Assembly (NCBI GenBank): GCA_965198185.1
Contig: CBDAOU010000001.1
Span: forward strand, 636,310 to 700,309
Length of the DNA: 64,000 nucleotides
From: Chloroflexota bacterium
GTDB taxonomy: Bacteria > Chloroflexota > UBA11872
Direction of reading: 5' to 3'
Shown: positions 11,861 through 21,136 of the stretch, piece after piece
Layout of the letters: every line of letters starts with the position of its first letter
How positions within the stretch are numbered: position 1 is the first letter of the stretch
The notes under the pieces: model-generated
The model's database searches: none
Seen by the model: only the letters and a program-made list of their open reading frames with translations
Told to the model about the DNA's origin: nothing
Translations under genes and position numbers: made by a program

Positions 11861-12182
11861 CGTTCTGGTCAGGCTTCGCCTCCGGTACTTCGAAATGGCC
11901 TGCTCACCGTCATGACCATGATGACATATAGGTCAAAAGTAATGCGCTACGCCTTGTAGCAAGCCGCCAGCTGCCCTGAGCCCTTGTCTTCGGGCGGCGC
12001 ATGGAGTCTGTCACGGCAAGAGTCGTCGGATACTGAATGGCGGCACGTCGTACACAGGCGCAGTGCTTGGCGGCGCTTCGGGCTATCTGCCAGCCCGCTT
12101 GGCAGACTTGATCTGGGTATGGAATTCGGTGTCTGCGCCCGCGAGGCCCGGACGCATCAGGCAATGGATTGTCAGTTTGTCG

Positions 12183-12476
12183 TCACGGCGCCTCGGCGAG
12201 AACAGGTTCGACGTGGATGTCGTGCGACCGCTTCATCGCCTGCGCTAAGTCGTAGGCGGCCTGCAGCTGGTACCAGGTGGCCGCGCCGCCGCCGAAGGCC
12301 TTGTCCAGGCGAATCGCCATCTCGGGTGAGATCCCGGAACGACCGTTCACGACGTCCGACAACTGCTTGCGGCTGACGCCGAGCCGCCTTGCTGTCTCCG
12401 TGACGCTCAGGTCGAGCGGCTCCAGACAGTCGAACCGCACCGACAGCCCAGGATGCGGCGGATTCTTCATGGGCAT
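12183..12476 (-). CDS. higA: HigA-like XRE-family HTH antitoxin/antidote protein (no cognate toxin seen)
   Basis: '[43 protein letters not shown]...[10 protein letters not shown]' is the HigA/VapI antidote signature. Only ~90 nt upstream and ~250 nt of ORF-free DNA downstream. Confidence 0.7.
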   Translation of the reverse strand: MPMKNPPHPGLSVRFDCLEPLDLSVTETARRLGVSRKQLSDVVNGRSGISPEMAIRLDKAFGGGAATWYQLQAAYDLAQAMKRSHDIHVEPVLAEAP

Positions 12477-12567
12477 GTGTATGTCCTTCTAGTGATAGTC
12501 AACGAGATTGACATCGCAGGTGTCCGCCCCGCGAAAGCTGAAGACGAAGCGCCGGGGCGATTGGCCG

Positions 12568-12924
12568 TTAGACCATCAGCCCTTCCACAGGCACGAGCCG
12601 CTTGGCGACCGGGTCGACGCCCATGAACACGCCCTCGAGCGCGAGCGCGCCAAGCAGGGGCAAAGTTCCCTCTTCGTTGAACAGCACCAGCGTGACGACC
12701 TCACGCCCCTCGATGCGCACCCACGTCTGGCCAACGTCCATGAGCCGGACCTCGCCCTGCCCAAACTGAAAGCTCTGACGAGTCAGCGGCGCCACGCCCA
12801 GTTCACGCAGCACCGACGCCGGGACCGAGGTGATAGATGCGCCGGTGTCCACTAGCGCATCCAGCGTCGTCCAACGCTCGCGTTCCTGGTCACCGATGCC
12901 GATCGGAATGCTAAACGTTCCCAT
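12568..12924 (-). CDS. retropepsin-like (clan AA) aspartic protease
   Basis: 118 aa with 'LVDTGASITSVP' (DTG catalytic motif), as in bacterial retropepsin-like TIGR02281/TIGR03698-type proteins. Confidence 0.7.
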   Translation of the reverse strand: MGTFSIPIGIGDQERERWTTLDALVDTGASITSVPASVLRELGVAPLTRQSFQFGQGEVRLMDVGQTWVRIEGREVVTLVLFNEEGTLPLLGALALEGVFMGVDPVAKRLVPVEGLMV

Positions 12925-13030
12925 GTGTGGATGGTGTCAGACGGCGCACAGGCCGGCAACCCGGCGAAACGCTGTGCCGGCAACCTGGGCGACCGATTAG
13001 GGGCTGAACAACGCGGGGAACGCAAGCCGG

Positions 13031-14077
13031 CTACGCCTTGTAGCATCCTAGCCGCCAGCTGGCCTTGTAGCAGGCCGCCAGCTGCCCTTCTCCCTTGTCC
13101 TCAAGCGGCGGATGGTCGTTGTCGCGGCAGAAGTCGTCGGCGATGGGGCAGCGGTCGTAGAAGCGGCAGCGGGGCGCGGGGTCCACGGGCGTCGAGACGC
13201 CGCCGGCGATTCTGACCGGGGCGCGGATGACGGTGGGATCGGGGATCGGCACGGCGGAGAGCAGCGCCTTGGTATAGGGGTGCTTGGGGTGCTGGAGCAC
13301 GGACTCGGTCTCGCCCATTTCCACGATCTTGCCGAGATACATGACCGCGATGCGGGTGCACATATAGCGGGCCACGGCCAGGTCGTGGGTGATGTAGAGA
13401 TAGCTGATGCCCAGGCGGTCGGCCAGGCCCTGCATCAGTTGCATGACGCCGGTTCGGATCGAGACGTCCAGCATTGACGTGGGCTCGTCGGCGACCACGA
13501 AGATCGGCTCGATGACCAACGCCCGCGCAATGGCCGCGCGCTGCCGCTGGCCGCCGGAAAGCTCGTGGGGATACCGGAACAGGTACGCCGCGGGCGGCGT
13601 GAGCCCGACCAACTCCAGCATGCGGGACACGCGCTCCAGGCACTCATGCGGTCCGCAGGCGTTCTGGACCTTCAGCGGCTCGGCGACGGTGTCGAAGATC
13701 GTGCGGCGCGGGTTGAGCGACTCGTAGGGGTCCTGAAAGATCATCTGCGCCTGGCGTCGAAAGGCCTTCAGATCCGCCCCGGTCAGGGTGGTGAGGTCGG
13801 TTGGTGCTCCGCTGCCGTCGTCGAAAAGCACGCGCCCGTCGGTCGGCTCGGCGAGTCGGACCAACAGGCGGCCCGTGGTCGTCTTGCCGCAACCCGACTC
13901 GCCGACCAGGCCGAAGCTCTCGCCACGCGCCAGCTCGAACGAAACACCGTCCACGGCGTGCACGAAGCTGCGGCTGCGCTCGAACATGCGGGTGGAGACG
14001 GGGAATCGCTTTTGAAGCCCCTCGATCTTGACCAGGGAATTGGTTCCGACGGACGACACCGGTGCGGCGGTGGCCAT
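13031..14077 (-). CDS. dppF: peptide ABC transporter ATP-binding protein (DppF/OppF-like)
   Basis: Walker A 'GESGCGKTT', signature 'LSGGQRQR', Walker B 'ILVADEPTSMLD' and an OppF-type C-terminal extension. Real start is the Met at 14077 (aa 91 of the listed ORF), overlapping the dppD stop. Confidence 0.85.
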   Translation of the reverse strand: MATAAPVSSVGTNSLVKIEGLQKRFPVSTRMFERSRSFVHAVDGVSFELARGESFGLVGESGCGKTTTGRLLVRLAEPTDGRVLFDDGSGAPTDLTTLTGADLKAFRRQAQMIFQDPYESLNPRRTIFDTVAEPLKVQNACGPHECLERVSRMLELVGLTPPAAYLFRYPHELSGGQRQRAAIARALVIEPIFVVADEPTSMLDVSIRTGVMQLMQGLADRLGISYLYITHDLAVARYMCTRIAVMYLGKIVEMGETESVLQHPKHPYTKALLSAVPIPDPTVIRAPVRIAGGVSTPVDPAPRCRFYDRCPIADDFCRDNDHPPLEDKGEGQLAACYKASWRLGCYKA

Positions 14078-15099
14078 CAGACCGCCTGGCCGTCGAGGGG
14101 ATGCCAGCAGGCCGCCCAATGCGTGCCGGAGCGCACCGTCGGCGGCTCTTCCGAGCGGCAGACGTCGGTGGCGTAGGGACAGCGCGGGTGGAAGCGACAG
14201 CCGGGCGGCGGCGTGAGCAGGTTGGGAGGCTCGCCGGTCAGCATCCCCAGCTTGTGCTTGGGGCCGGTGACGCTGGGAAAGGCCGACATCAGCGTCTGCG
14301 TGTAGGGATGGATGGGGTGGTGAAAGACATCCACCGTCTCGCCCCACTCCACGATCCGGCCCGCGTACATCACGCCCACGACGTGGCTGACCTCGGCGAT
14401 GACCGCCATGTCGTGCGAGATGTAGATCAGGCTCATGTGCAGCTGCTGCTGGACCTTCCGCAGCTCCTTGAGAATGCGGTCCTGGACGATGACGTCCAGC
14501 GCCGTGGTCGGCTCGTCGGCGATCAACAGGTCCGGTTCGCAGGCCAGGGCCATGGCGATGCCGGCGCGCTGTTTCATGCCGCCGCTGTACTCGTGCGGAT
14601 AGCGCGGGATGAAGCTCGGATCGAGACTCACGAGGTCGAAGAGCTCCCGCACGCGCTCCATGGATACGTCGGGGGTTGACTTGATGTGGACGTCGAGGGC
14701 CTCGATGATCTGATCGCCGACCCGGTAGACGGGGTTGAGCGCGTTCATCGCGGCCTGGAACACCATGGCGATGTGATTCCAGCGGTGCGGCCGCATCTCG
14801 TCGTCGGAGAGCGGGGCGAGGTCCGTTCCGTTCAGCAGCATCTTGCCCCCGATGAGGCGCGCGTTCTCCGGCAACAGCTTCAACAGGGCCATGGCGATGG
14901 ACGACTTGCCGCAGCCGGACTCTCCCACCAGGCCGACGGATTCCCCGCGCTGGACGGCGAATGAGACCCCGTCCACGGCGCGCACGTCGCCGGCCCGCGT
15001 CGCGTAGTACATGGTGAGGTCCTCGACGGCGAGAACCGGGTCGGGCGTGGCGACGCTATTCGTTGGCGCGGCGGCCGCTGGTTGAGGGTTCGTGTCCAC
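14077..15099 (-). CDS. dppD: peptide ABC transporter ATP-binding protein (DppD/OppD-like)
   Basis: Walker A 'GESGCGKSS', 'YSGGMKQR', '[12 protein letters not shown]'. 340 aa. Confidence 0.85.
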   Translation of the reverse strand: MDTNPQPAAAAPTNSVATPDPVLAVEDLTMYYATRAGDVRAVDGVSFAVQRGESVGLVGESGCGKSSIAMALLKLLPENARLIGGKMLLNGTDLAPLSDDEMRPHRWNHIAMVFQAAMNALNPVYRVGDQIIEALDVHIKSTPDVSMERVRELFDLVSLDPSFIPRYPHEYSGGMKQRAGIAMALACEPDLLIADEPTTALDVIVQDRILKELRKVQQQLHMSLIYISHDMAVIAEVSHVVGVMYAGRIVEWGETVDVFHHPIHPYTQTLMSAFPSVTGPKHKLGMLTGEPPNLLTPPPGCRFHPRCPYATDVCRSEEPPTVRSGTHWAACWHPLDGQAV

Positions 15100-15108
15100 G
15101 GTGGTTCG

Positions 15109-15309
15109 CTAGGTGACTCGAACCGGATGCGGGACGGGTTGATTGAAGAGATAGCCCTTCTCGTTGAAGGGAATCTCGTCCGGTTGCGTGTTGCCCGCCG
15201 CGGTCGTCGGCAATGCGTCCGGATCGCCGGGACCCATACATGCCGCCAGCACCGTGAACGCGCCGGCGGCGGAGAGCGCCTGTAGGAAGCGTCGGCGGTT
15301 CAGGCCCAT
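15109..15309 (-). CDS. 66-aa ORF with a twin-arginine signal peptide and lipobox (MGLNRRRFLQALSAAGAFTVLAAC...), embedded between dppC and dppD
   Basis: Own translation from ATG at 15309: Tat motif RRRFLQ, hydrophobic h-region, 'LAAC' lipobox, then a 40-aa Pro/Thr-rich tail ending 9 nt before dppD. Not in the ORF track as a separate entry because it is hidden inside ORF 15109..15990. Confidence 0.4.
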   Translation of the reverse strand: MGLNRRRFLQALSAAGAFTVLAACMGPGDPDALPTTAAGNTQPDEIPFNEKGYLFNQPVPHPVRVT

Positions 15310-15410
15310 CTGCCGCACCGGGTGCCTGCGTCGGGCAGCGTCGCCGGAGCCCCGACCCGGTTCGACAGGTGCTTGGTCCATCGTCATGCGTTTTCCCATA
15401 TGGCGTTTGC

Positions 15411-16361
15411 TCATATCCGTCGCAGCCGCGGGTTCACGACTTCGTCCAGCGATCGACCGAGCAGGTAGAACGACGAGCACAAGAGGGTGATGGACAAGCT
15501 GGCGGGAAATATGAGCCACCAGTACTCGCCGACTTGCAGCAGGTATCCGGCGGACTCGGTGGTGTGGATCATCAGGCCCCAGCTCATCCGGACGTCCAGC
15601 AGTCCCAGGAAGCTGAGCACGGCTTCCGAGAAGATGGCGCTGGTGACGGTGAACATCATGTAGAGGAATGAGAGCGGCAGCAGGTTGGGGACGACGTGGA
15701 CGAGCAGGATGTGCAGCGTTCCGCCGCCCGCCGCTCTGGCGGCCTCGATGTAGGGCTTGACGACGACGGAAAGCGCTTGGGATTTCAGCACGACGCCGGT
15801 GCCGCCGAATCCCGAGAGCAGGCCGATCAGCACGGCCAACTCCAGATGCCCGACCTCGAACAGGGCGCTCAGCACGATGAGGATGCTGATCGCCGGCATC
15901 ATGATCATGATGTCGGCCAGCCGCATCAGCAGCGTGTCCACCCAGCCGCCGTAGTAAGCGGCGATCGCGCCGACCATCGTGCCTATGCACACGGTCATGA
16001 GCGCCGCGAGCAATCCGAGCAGGAACTCCGACCGCGTGCTGAACATGAGCTGGCTCAGGATGTCCCGGCCCAACGGATCGGTGCCGAGCGGGTGGCTCAG
16101 GCTTGGCGGCGCGGGCTGGTCGGGCTCGTCAAAGGCGTAGCCCACGATCGGGTCGTAGATGCGCTCGTCCCAGACCGTGTGCATCAGGATTGGATGCGCC
16201 GCGGCCAGCAGCAGATAGAAGAGGATGATCGCCAGTCCCAAGACGCCGATGCGCGTGCCGAGAAACAGCGACCAGTTCTGCCCAAGGCTTCGTCCCGCCA
16301 GCGCCAGGCGCATCTTCCACAGCGACGGCGCGGCGGCGGCATGCGTGGCTTCCAGGGTCAT
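15411..16361 (-). CDS. dppC: peptide ABC transporter permease (DppC/OppC-like)
   Basis: 316 aa, six TM segments and a binding-protein-dependent transport EAA-like loop. Confidence 0.85.
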   Translation of the reverse strand: MTLEATHAAAAPSLWKMRLALAGRSLGQNWSLFLGTRIGVLGLAIILFYLLLAAAHPILMHTVWDERIYDPIVGYAFDEPDQPAPPSLSHPLGTDPLGRDILSQLMFSTRSEFLLGLLAALMTVCIGTMVGAIAAYYGGWVDTLLMRLADIMIMMPAISILIVLSALFEVGHLELAVLIGLLSGFGGTGVVLKSQALSVVVKPYIEAARAAGGGTLHILLVHVVPNLLPLSFLYMMFTVTSAIFSEAVLSFLGLLDVRMSWGLMIHTTESAGYLLQVGEYWWLIFPASLSITLLCSSFYLLGRSLDEVVNPRLRRI

Positions 16362-17509
16362 CGATACCGGACTCTCGGGTCGAGATAGGCGTAGAGGACA
16401 TCAGCTGCCAGGTGCGCCACGAGCACGAATACGCCCACAAAGACGAAGGCCCCCACCGCCAGCGGGAGGTCTTCGCTGACCGTCGCCGACACCAGCGTTT
16501 GCCCCATCCCGGGCCAGGAGAAGACGGACTCGATGATGACGCCGCCGTCGATGGCGAAGGCCAGGCTGAAGACAAAGCTGGTCACCACCGGCAGCAAGGC
16601 GTTGCGGGCGACGTGTTTGTCGCGCACGTCCTTTTCCGGCAGTCCCTTGGCGCGGGCCACCATCACGTGATCTTCGCGAATGACCTCCAGCATGCTGTTG
16701 CGGGTCAGCAACATGGTTCCGGCAAAGCTGATGAGCGTCAGCGTGGCGATGGGCAGGATCATGTGCTTGACGAGGTCCAGCGCCAGGTAGCCGACGCCCG
16801 ACGCCAGCCACACGCCGATCACCGCCACGGCAGCGGCGGCGATGCTCCCCGCCTGGATGAGCGGCGCGGCGGTCAGACGCTTATTCCTGGTCGCCAGAAA
16901 GATGGCGAACACGACCACCGTCACGCCGGCGACCGTTGCCAGCATGAGATTGAAGATCGAATTCGAGTCCGTCGGCGCATCGCGCCACAACACCGGGTCC
17001 AAGAACTTGCCGATGGGCAGCCAGCCGGCCTTGAAGGCGAAGAGCCAGATCATCATGAGCCCGAACCACGGGGTGAATACCGTGTACAGCGAGACGCCGC
17101 CGATGGTTGAGGCGTATTCGACCCAGCCGCCGCGGCGCCAGGCGATGATCTTGCCCAGCGCGAATCCGAGATAGAAGGAAATCACGGTTGCCGTCGCGAA
17201 TAGCACGAGCGTTCGCGGCAGGCGCTCCAGGATCACGTCGCCAACGGTCCTCGGATAAAGGCTGAAGGAGACGCCGAAGTTACCGGTGACCGTGTTCTTG
17301 AGATGGACCAGGTATTGCTTCCAGAGCGGCTCGTTGACGCCGAAGAGCTCCTGGAGGCCCGCGCGGGTCTCCGGCGGGAGACTGGGGTCCATGGAGTAGA
17401 GGCGGGTGATATCGCCGGGCTGGGCGCTGACGAGAAAGAACACGATGGTCAGGAACACGAAGAGCGTCAGCAGGATTTGCACGGTGCGACGCAGGAGATA
17501 GGCAGCCAT
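16358..17509 (-). CDS. dppB: peptide ABC transporter permease (DppB/OppB-like)
   Basis: 383 aa, an N-terminal 'LLRRTVQILLTLFVFLTIVFFL' TM segment typical of DppB, multi-TM. Overlaps the dppC start. Confidence 0.85.
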   Translation of the reverse strand: MAAYLLRRTVQILLTLFVFLTIVFFLVSAQPGDITRLYSMDPSLPPETRAGLQELFGVNEPLWKQYLVHLKNTVTGNFGVSFSLYPRTVGDVILERLPRTLVLFATATVISFYLGFALGKIIAWRRGGWVEYASTIGGVSLYTVFTPWFGLMMIWLFAFKAGWLPIGKFLDPVLWRDAPTDSNSIFNLMLATVAGVTVVVFAIFLATRNKRLTAAPLIQAGSIAAAAVAVIGVWLASGVGYLALDLVKHMILPIATLTLISFAGTMLLTRNSMLEVIREDHVMVARAKGLPEKDVRDKHVARNALLPVVTSFVFSLAFAIDGGVIIESVFSWPGMGQTLVSATVSEDLPLAVGAFVFVGVFVLVAHLAADVLYAYLDPRVRYR

Positions 17510-17592
17510 TCAAATCACCCGTGCGATCGCGATTCGGCCACTCATGCCGGGAATACGCCCATCCAGCCCCGCAATCTCAGCGCGGTCAAACG

Positions 17593-19686
17593 CTACTTGA
17601 TCAGCACCAGGTGTTGCAGCCCCTGTTGCTGCGCCATGCCGCCAAGCACCGAGGTGTAGGCGTACTCGACCCGCGACGGTCGGAACACGTCCACCTTCGG
17701 CGTCGTGAACAGCGTCACGTAGGGCAGGTCGTCCGCGAGCAGTTCCTGCATCTGATGGATCTTTTCGCGCGCGCCCTCGATGGTGGTCTCGGACAGCAGG
17801 GCAAAGGCCAGGGCATCGAATTCGGGGTTGGCGTAGCCGCCCCAGTTGTAGCCGCCCTCCTCGTTCTCGGGCGCGTGGCGGCTGTGGAAGATGTTCTCCA
17901 GGTGGTTGGGGAAGATGCTGAAGCCCCAGCCCAGGATCCACATGTCAAGGTCCTCGGCCACCGTCTCGCTGAACAACCGGTCGACGAGGACGTTGAAGCC
18001 CACCAACTGCGCCCGAACGGGAATGCCCAAGTCGTTCAGCCAGCGCTCGATCCAGATGGCGAAGGTGGACCGCAGGGGATCGTAGCCGGCGCTGGGCGCT
18101 ATCAACTCGAGCTTGGGCACCTCAGATCCGTCGGGCATTCGCAGCCCCTTGCCCGGCGTGGACACGAAATCGCCGTCCTCGCTGACCTCCGGCTCCTGCT
18201 CATAGGTGAACCCGGCGTCTTTTAACAGCGCCACGGCCTGTGCGATTCGCTCGCCTTGGCTCAGCCCCTGACCGATCTTGGACGTGGCGTCGTTGTGCCA
18301 AAACGTGTTCCCTTCGGGGACCATGGCGTACATGGGGATCGCCGCGTCCTGCAGGATGGACCGCGACACAAACTCCTTGTCGATCACAGTCGCCACGGCC
18401 TGCCTGAACGCCTTGGAGCTCATCGGGCCCTTGCGCGTGTTGAATCCCAGATAGAACACGCCGTTGTCGAGATTGGTCACGACCTCCAGATCGGGCGCTT
18501 GGCGGACGCGGTCCAGGAAGCCCTTCTCAAGCCCCAACGGGTTGAAGAGGAAGTCGATATCGCCCGTGGTCAGGGCGAGGATCGCCGAATCCTGGTTGCC
18601 ATAGATGCTGAAGATCTCGGTCTCGAAGTGCGGGCCGATCTCGTACTCGAGAACTTTGTCGCCGGTGGCTTCACCGTAGGCGACCTCGGAGTAGCCGAGC
18701 CTCTCGTTCGTCTCCATGTACGCGCCGCTCTCGAACTCGCTCACGACGGCGCCCATCTGGAAGTAGCTCGGGACCGTCTCGTTCTCAAAGAAGGCGCCCG
18801 GTTCCCATTGGCGGTACGCGAGACCGTTGGAAGTGGGCTCGCCGTCGGGCACGTGCGCGAACAGGGCCTCAATCTGCTGAGCCATTTCGCCGGCCTTCTT
18901 GGCCTCCTCGACCACGGGCGCCCAGTAGTGCTCGGGGAGAATTGGCATGAACGCCAAGCCGAACTGCCACACGCTGAGGCCGGGCGTCTGTGGGTTCCCC
19001 TCGGCGTCGGTCGCCTTGAAGTAGATCTTCAGTCGATGGCTGTCGACGGCTTCCACCCGGTCGATGAACGCAGAATGAACCAGCTGGGCCCAGTTGCCGC
19101 CGAGCTGCAGGTCCATGACGGTGTTGACCGTGAAGACGAAGTCAGCCGCCGTCAGCTCCTCGCCGTCGCTCCAGGTCACGCCCCCTTTGAGCGAGACTTC
19201 GGTCGTCCAGAACTCGGCGCCGTCGACGGTCTGCTTTGCCAAGGGCGTCGGGAAACCGTCCGCGGCCACCGGGACCCAGTCGAACCGTTGCGCGGAATAG
19301 CCGTAGAGCTGCGTGGCGTAGCCACTGATCACGTATCCGGTCCAGACCGACCCAGCCGGCCCGCCCAGGTAGTTCCAGATATTGCGCGAGATCGGATCCT
19401 CGAACAGCCCCATCTTGTAGATGGCCGGTCCGGTGGGGGCCGAGGTTTCGGCCGCCTCCGTGGCCGCCGGAGTCGGGGTGGCCTGGACGATGCGCTCGAC
19501 CTCCACGATCTTCTCGACCTCGACCGGGACTTCCACAATTTTTTCGACTTCGACGGTGACGGTGACGATCTTCTCGACCGGTGGAGGCTCGGCGGTGTCG
19601 CCGCAGGCAAGCGCCGAAGCGGCGACGACAAGACTGCCTACAAGGAATACCAGTGGTGCGCGCATGAGCCTGCCCATGAAAGCCAC
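17593..19686 (-). CDS. ABC transporter substrate-binding lipoprotein, family 5 (peptide/nickel)
   Basis: Signal peptide with lipobox 'ALAC', an (EKIVEV)n repeat linker, then an SBP_bac_5 fold. 697 aa, start possibly at an internal Met. Confidence 0.85.
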   Translation of the reverse strand: MAFMGRLMRAPLVFLVGSLVVAASALACGDTAEPPPVEKIVTVTVEVEKIVEVPVEVEKIVEVERIVQATPTPAATEAAETSAPTGPAIYKMGLFEDPISRNIWNYLGGPAGSVWTGYVISGYATQLYGYSAQRFDWVPVAADGFPTPLAKQTVDGAEFWTTEVSLKGGVTWSDGEELTAADFVFTVNTVMDLQLGGNWAQLVHSAFIDRVEAVDSHRLKIYFKATDAEGNPQTPGLSVWQFGLAFMPILPEHYWAPVVEEAKKAGEMAQQIEALFAHVPDGEPTSNGLAYRQWEPGAFFENETVPSYFQMGAVVSEFESGAYMETNERLGYSEVAYGEATGDKVLEYEIGPHFETEIFSIYGNQDSAILALTTGDIDFLFNPLGLEKGFLDRVRQAPDLEVVTNLDNGVFYLGFNTRKGPMSSKAFRQAVATVIDKEFVSRSILQDAAIPMYAMVPEGNTFWHNDATSKIGQGLSQGERIAQAVALLKDAGFTYEQEPEVSEDGDFVSTPGKGLRMPDGSEVPKLELIAPSAGYDPLRSTFAIWIERWLNDLGIPVRAQLVGFNVLVDRLFSETVAEDLDMWILGWGFSIFPNHLENIFHSRHAPENEEGGYNWGGYANPEFDALAFALLSETTIEGAREKIHQMQELLADDLPYVTLFTTPKVDVFRPSRVEYAYTSVLGGMAQQQGLQHLVLIK

Positions 19687-19863
19687 ACCGCCATTGGAGT
19701 CTGGGACCGCGTCCCAATAGTACGCAGTGTCGTTCCGGCGTCGCGAGTCGAGGTAGCAAATCTTCCCGTTGCTCGCGTTCCCTCTAGCAGACCGAAACCG
19801 GCGCTACCAGAGAATGGGCGCCGGGTATCGGGCGATCGCCGGGTCGGGGATCACAATGGTCGA

Positions 19864-20529
19864 GTGGTTGAAAAGGAGATCGTGGCCGAGATTGAGGGCT
19901 TACAGAGAGTCATCGACGGCGCTCGCGCAGTCATCGACAACTTCCGCCCCCACATCCCCATCGACCCTGAATGGCCGGTGGTAGAGCTGGGCAAAGTCGC
20001 ACGCCTTATCAACGGACGAGCCTATACGCGGTCTGAGCTACTGAAAGACGGACCAACGCCGGTTCTGCGCGTGGGGAAATTCTTCTCCAACCGGGAATGG
20101 TTTTACTCGGACTTGCAGCTCAATGACGATAAATATTGCCGGGCCGGAGATCTATTGTACGCATGGTCAGCCTCATTTGGTCCTAGAATCTGGCACTGTC
20201 CAAGAGCAATCTTCCATTATCATATTTGGAAAATCGAAACTACTGAAGATATGAATAAGAAATTTCTCTACTACCTGCTTGATATGGAGTCTGAGAAAAT
20301 CAAAGCAGATGGTCACGGCATCGCTATGATGCACGCGACCGAATCGGGCATGGAGCGTCGCGGATTGCCTCTTCCCCCTCTTGCCACACAGCAGTCAATC
20401 GTTGCGGAACTCGATGAGGAAGAGGGCCTGATCTCCGCCAATCGCAATCTGATCGACCGATTTGAGCGTAAGATCCAAGCCGCCATCGCCCGCGTCTGGG
20501 GCGATGGCGCTAGCCGAACAGTCGCGTAA
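19864..20529 (+). pseudogene. hsdS: type I restriction-modification specificity subunit (HsdS) remnant: a single target-recognition domain flanked by conserved helices
   Basis: 'VAEIEGLQRVIDGARAVIDNF' and 'LPPLATQQSIVAELDEEEGLISANRNLIDRFERKIQA' are the HsdS conserved coiled-coil regions, bracketing an AT-rich TRD. No hsdM/hsdR, no TRD1 and no ATG start. Confidence 0.6.
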
Positions 20530-21133
20530 GCCAAGCGACGAATCTCTGACAGAGATCGCCATCCACGTCGAGGTCTCGGGCTCGGATAGCCAGGCCCATT
20601 TGCCTAGGATCTTCCCGGGCAGCCAGCCAGGCATACAGCTGTGCCCGCACGGTCTTGCTCGCGGCGAACGGCGGGTTAGGTATCTCGTCGATATACCGCT
20701 GCGAAAGCGGCCACACCGGATCGTCCGCCGGGACCATCTGGATCACGAAGTTTTCAAGCTCACCGGCTGAATGGTTGTCAGGCATCACCCAGACTCCGAT
20801 GCGGGGCCTGTCGCTGGTGCTATTGATGATGGTTCCTGACGCTTCGGGTGAGCTTGGGATGCAAACGTCCTCGTCGGCAAGGCGATCTCTTACGGCGTCC
20901 CAGCGAGCCGGGACATTGTGGTTGGCGTCTACGACGATCCCGATCGACTGACGCCCTGGAGCAAGGATGTCCGCGCCAAGATCATCCAGCAGCGTATCAA
21001 TGCCACCCTTTGGCTCAACGTGAAAGGACGTTGACGGTTCGCAGCGCTCACATATCCGCGCCACGACATGCTTCTCATCCGGACCTTCGACAATGAGCAC
21101 ACGGCTCAGCGACGCTGACCCAGGAAGCGACAC
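20510..21133 (-). CDS. DUF4276-like (Toprim/OLD-nuclease-like) protein, partner of the upstream ABC-type ATPase
   Basis: 207 aa with an N-terminal 'VLIVEGPDEKHV' (EGxDE motif, as I recall for DUF4276). Starts 4 nt after the ATPase stop. Lower GC. Confidence 0.55.
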   Translation of the reverse strand: MSLPGSASLSRVLIVEGPDEKHVVARICERCEPSTSFHVEPKGGIDTLLDDLGADILAPGRQSIGIVVDANHNVPARWDAVRDRLADEDVCIPSSPEASGTIINSTSDRPRIGVWVMPDNHSAGELENFVIQMVPADDPVWPLSQRYIDEIPNPPFAASKTVRAQLYAWLAAREDPRQMGLAIRARDLDVDGDLCQRFVAWLTRLFG

Positions 21134-21136
21134 AAG

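Noticed and set aside
11910-12164. 84-aa minus-strand ORF downstream of higA, considered as a possible HigB toxin
   Set aside because: The translation is Arg/Ser-rich with no RelE/HigB fold signature, so it is likely non-coding.
15109-15990. 293-aa minus-strand ORF
   Set aside because: Mostly the wrong frame of dppC (His/Arg-rich nonsense). Only its last 66 codons (the Tat-lipobox micro-ORF) look meaningful and are reported separately.
18256-19860. N-terminal 530 aa of the 757-aa plus-strand ORF
   Set aside because: Antisense shadow of the substrate-binding protein gene. Only the last ~220 codons (hsdS remnant) look like a real protein.
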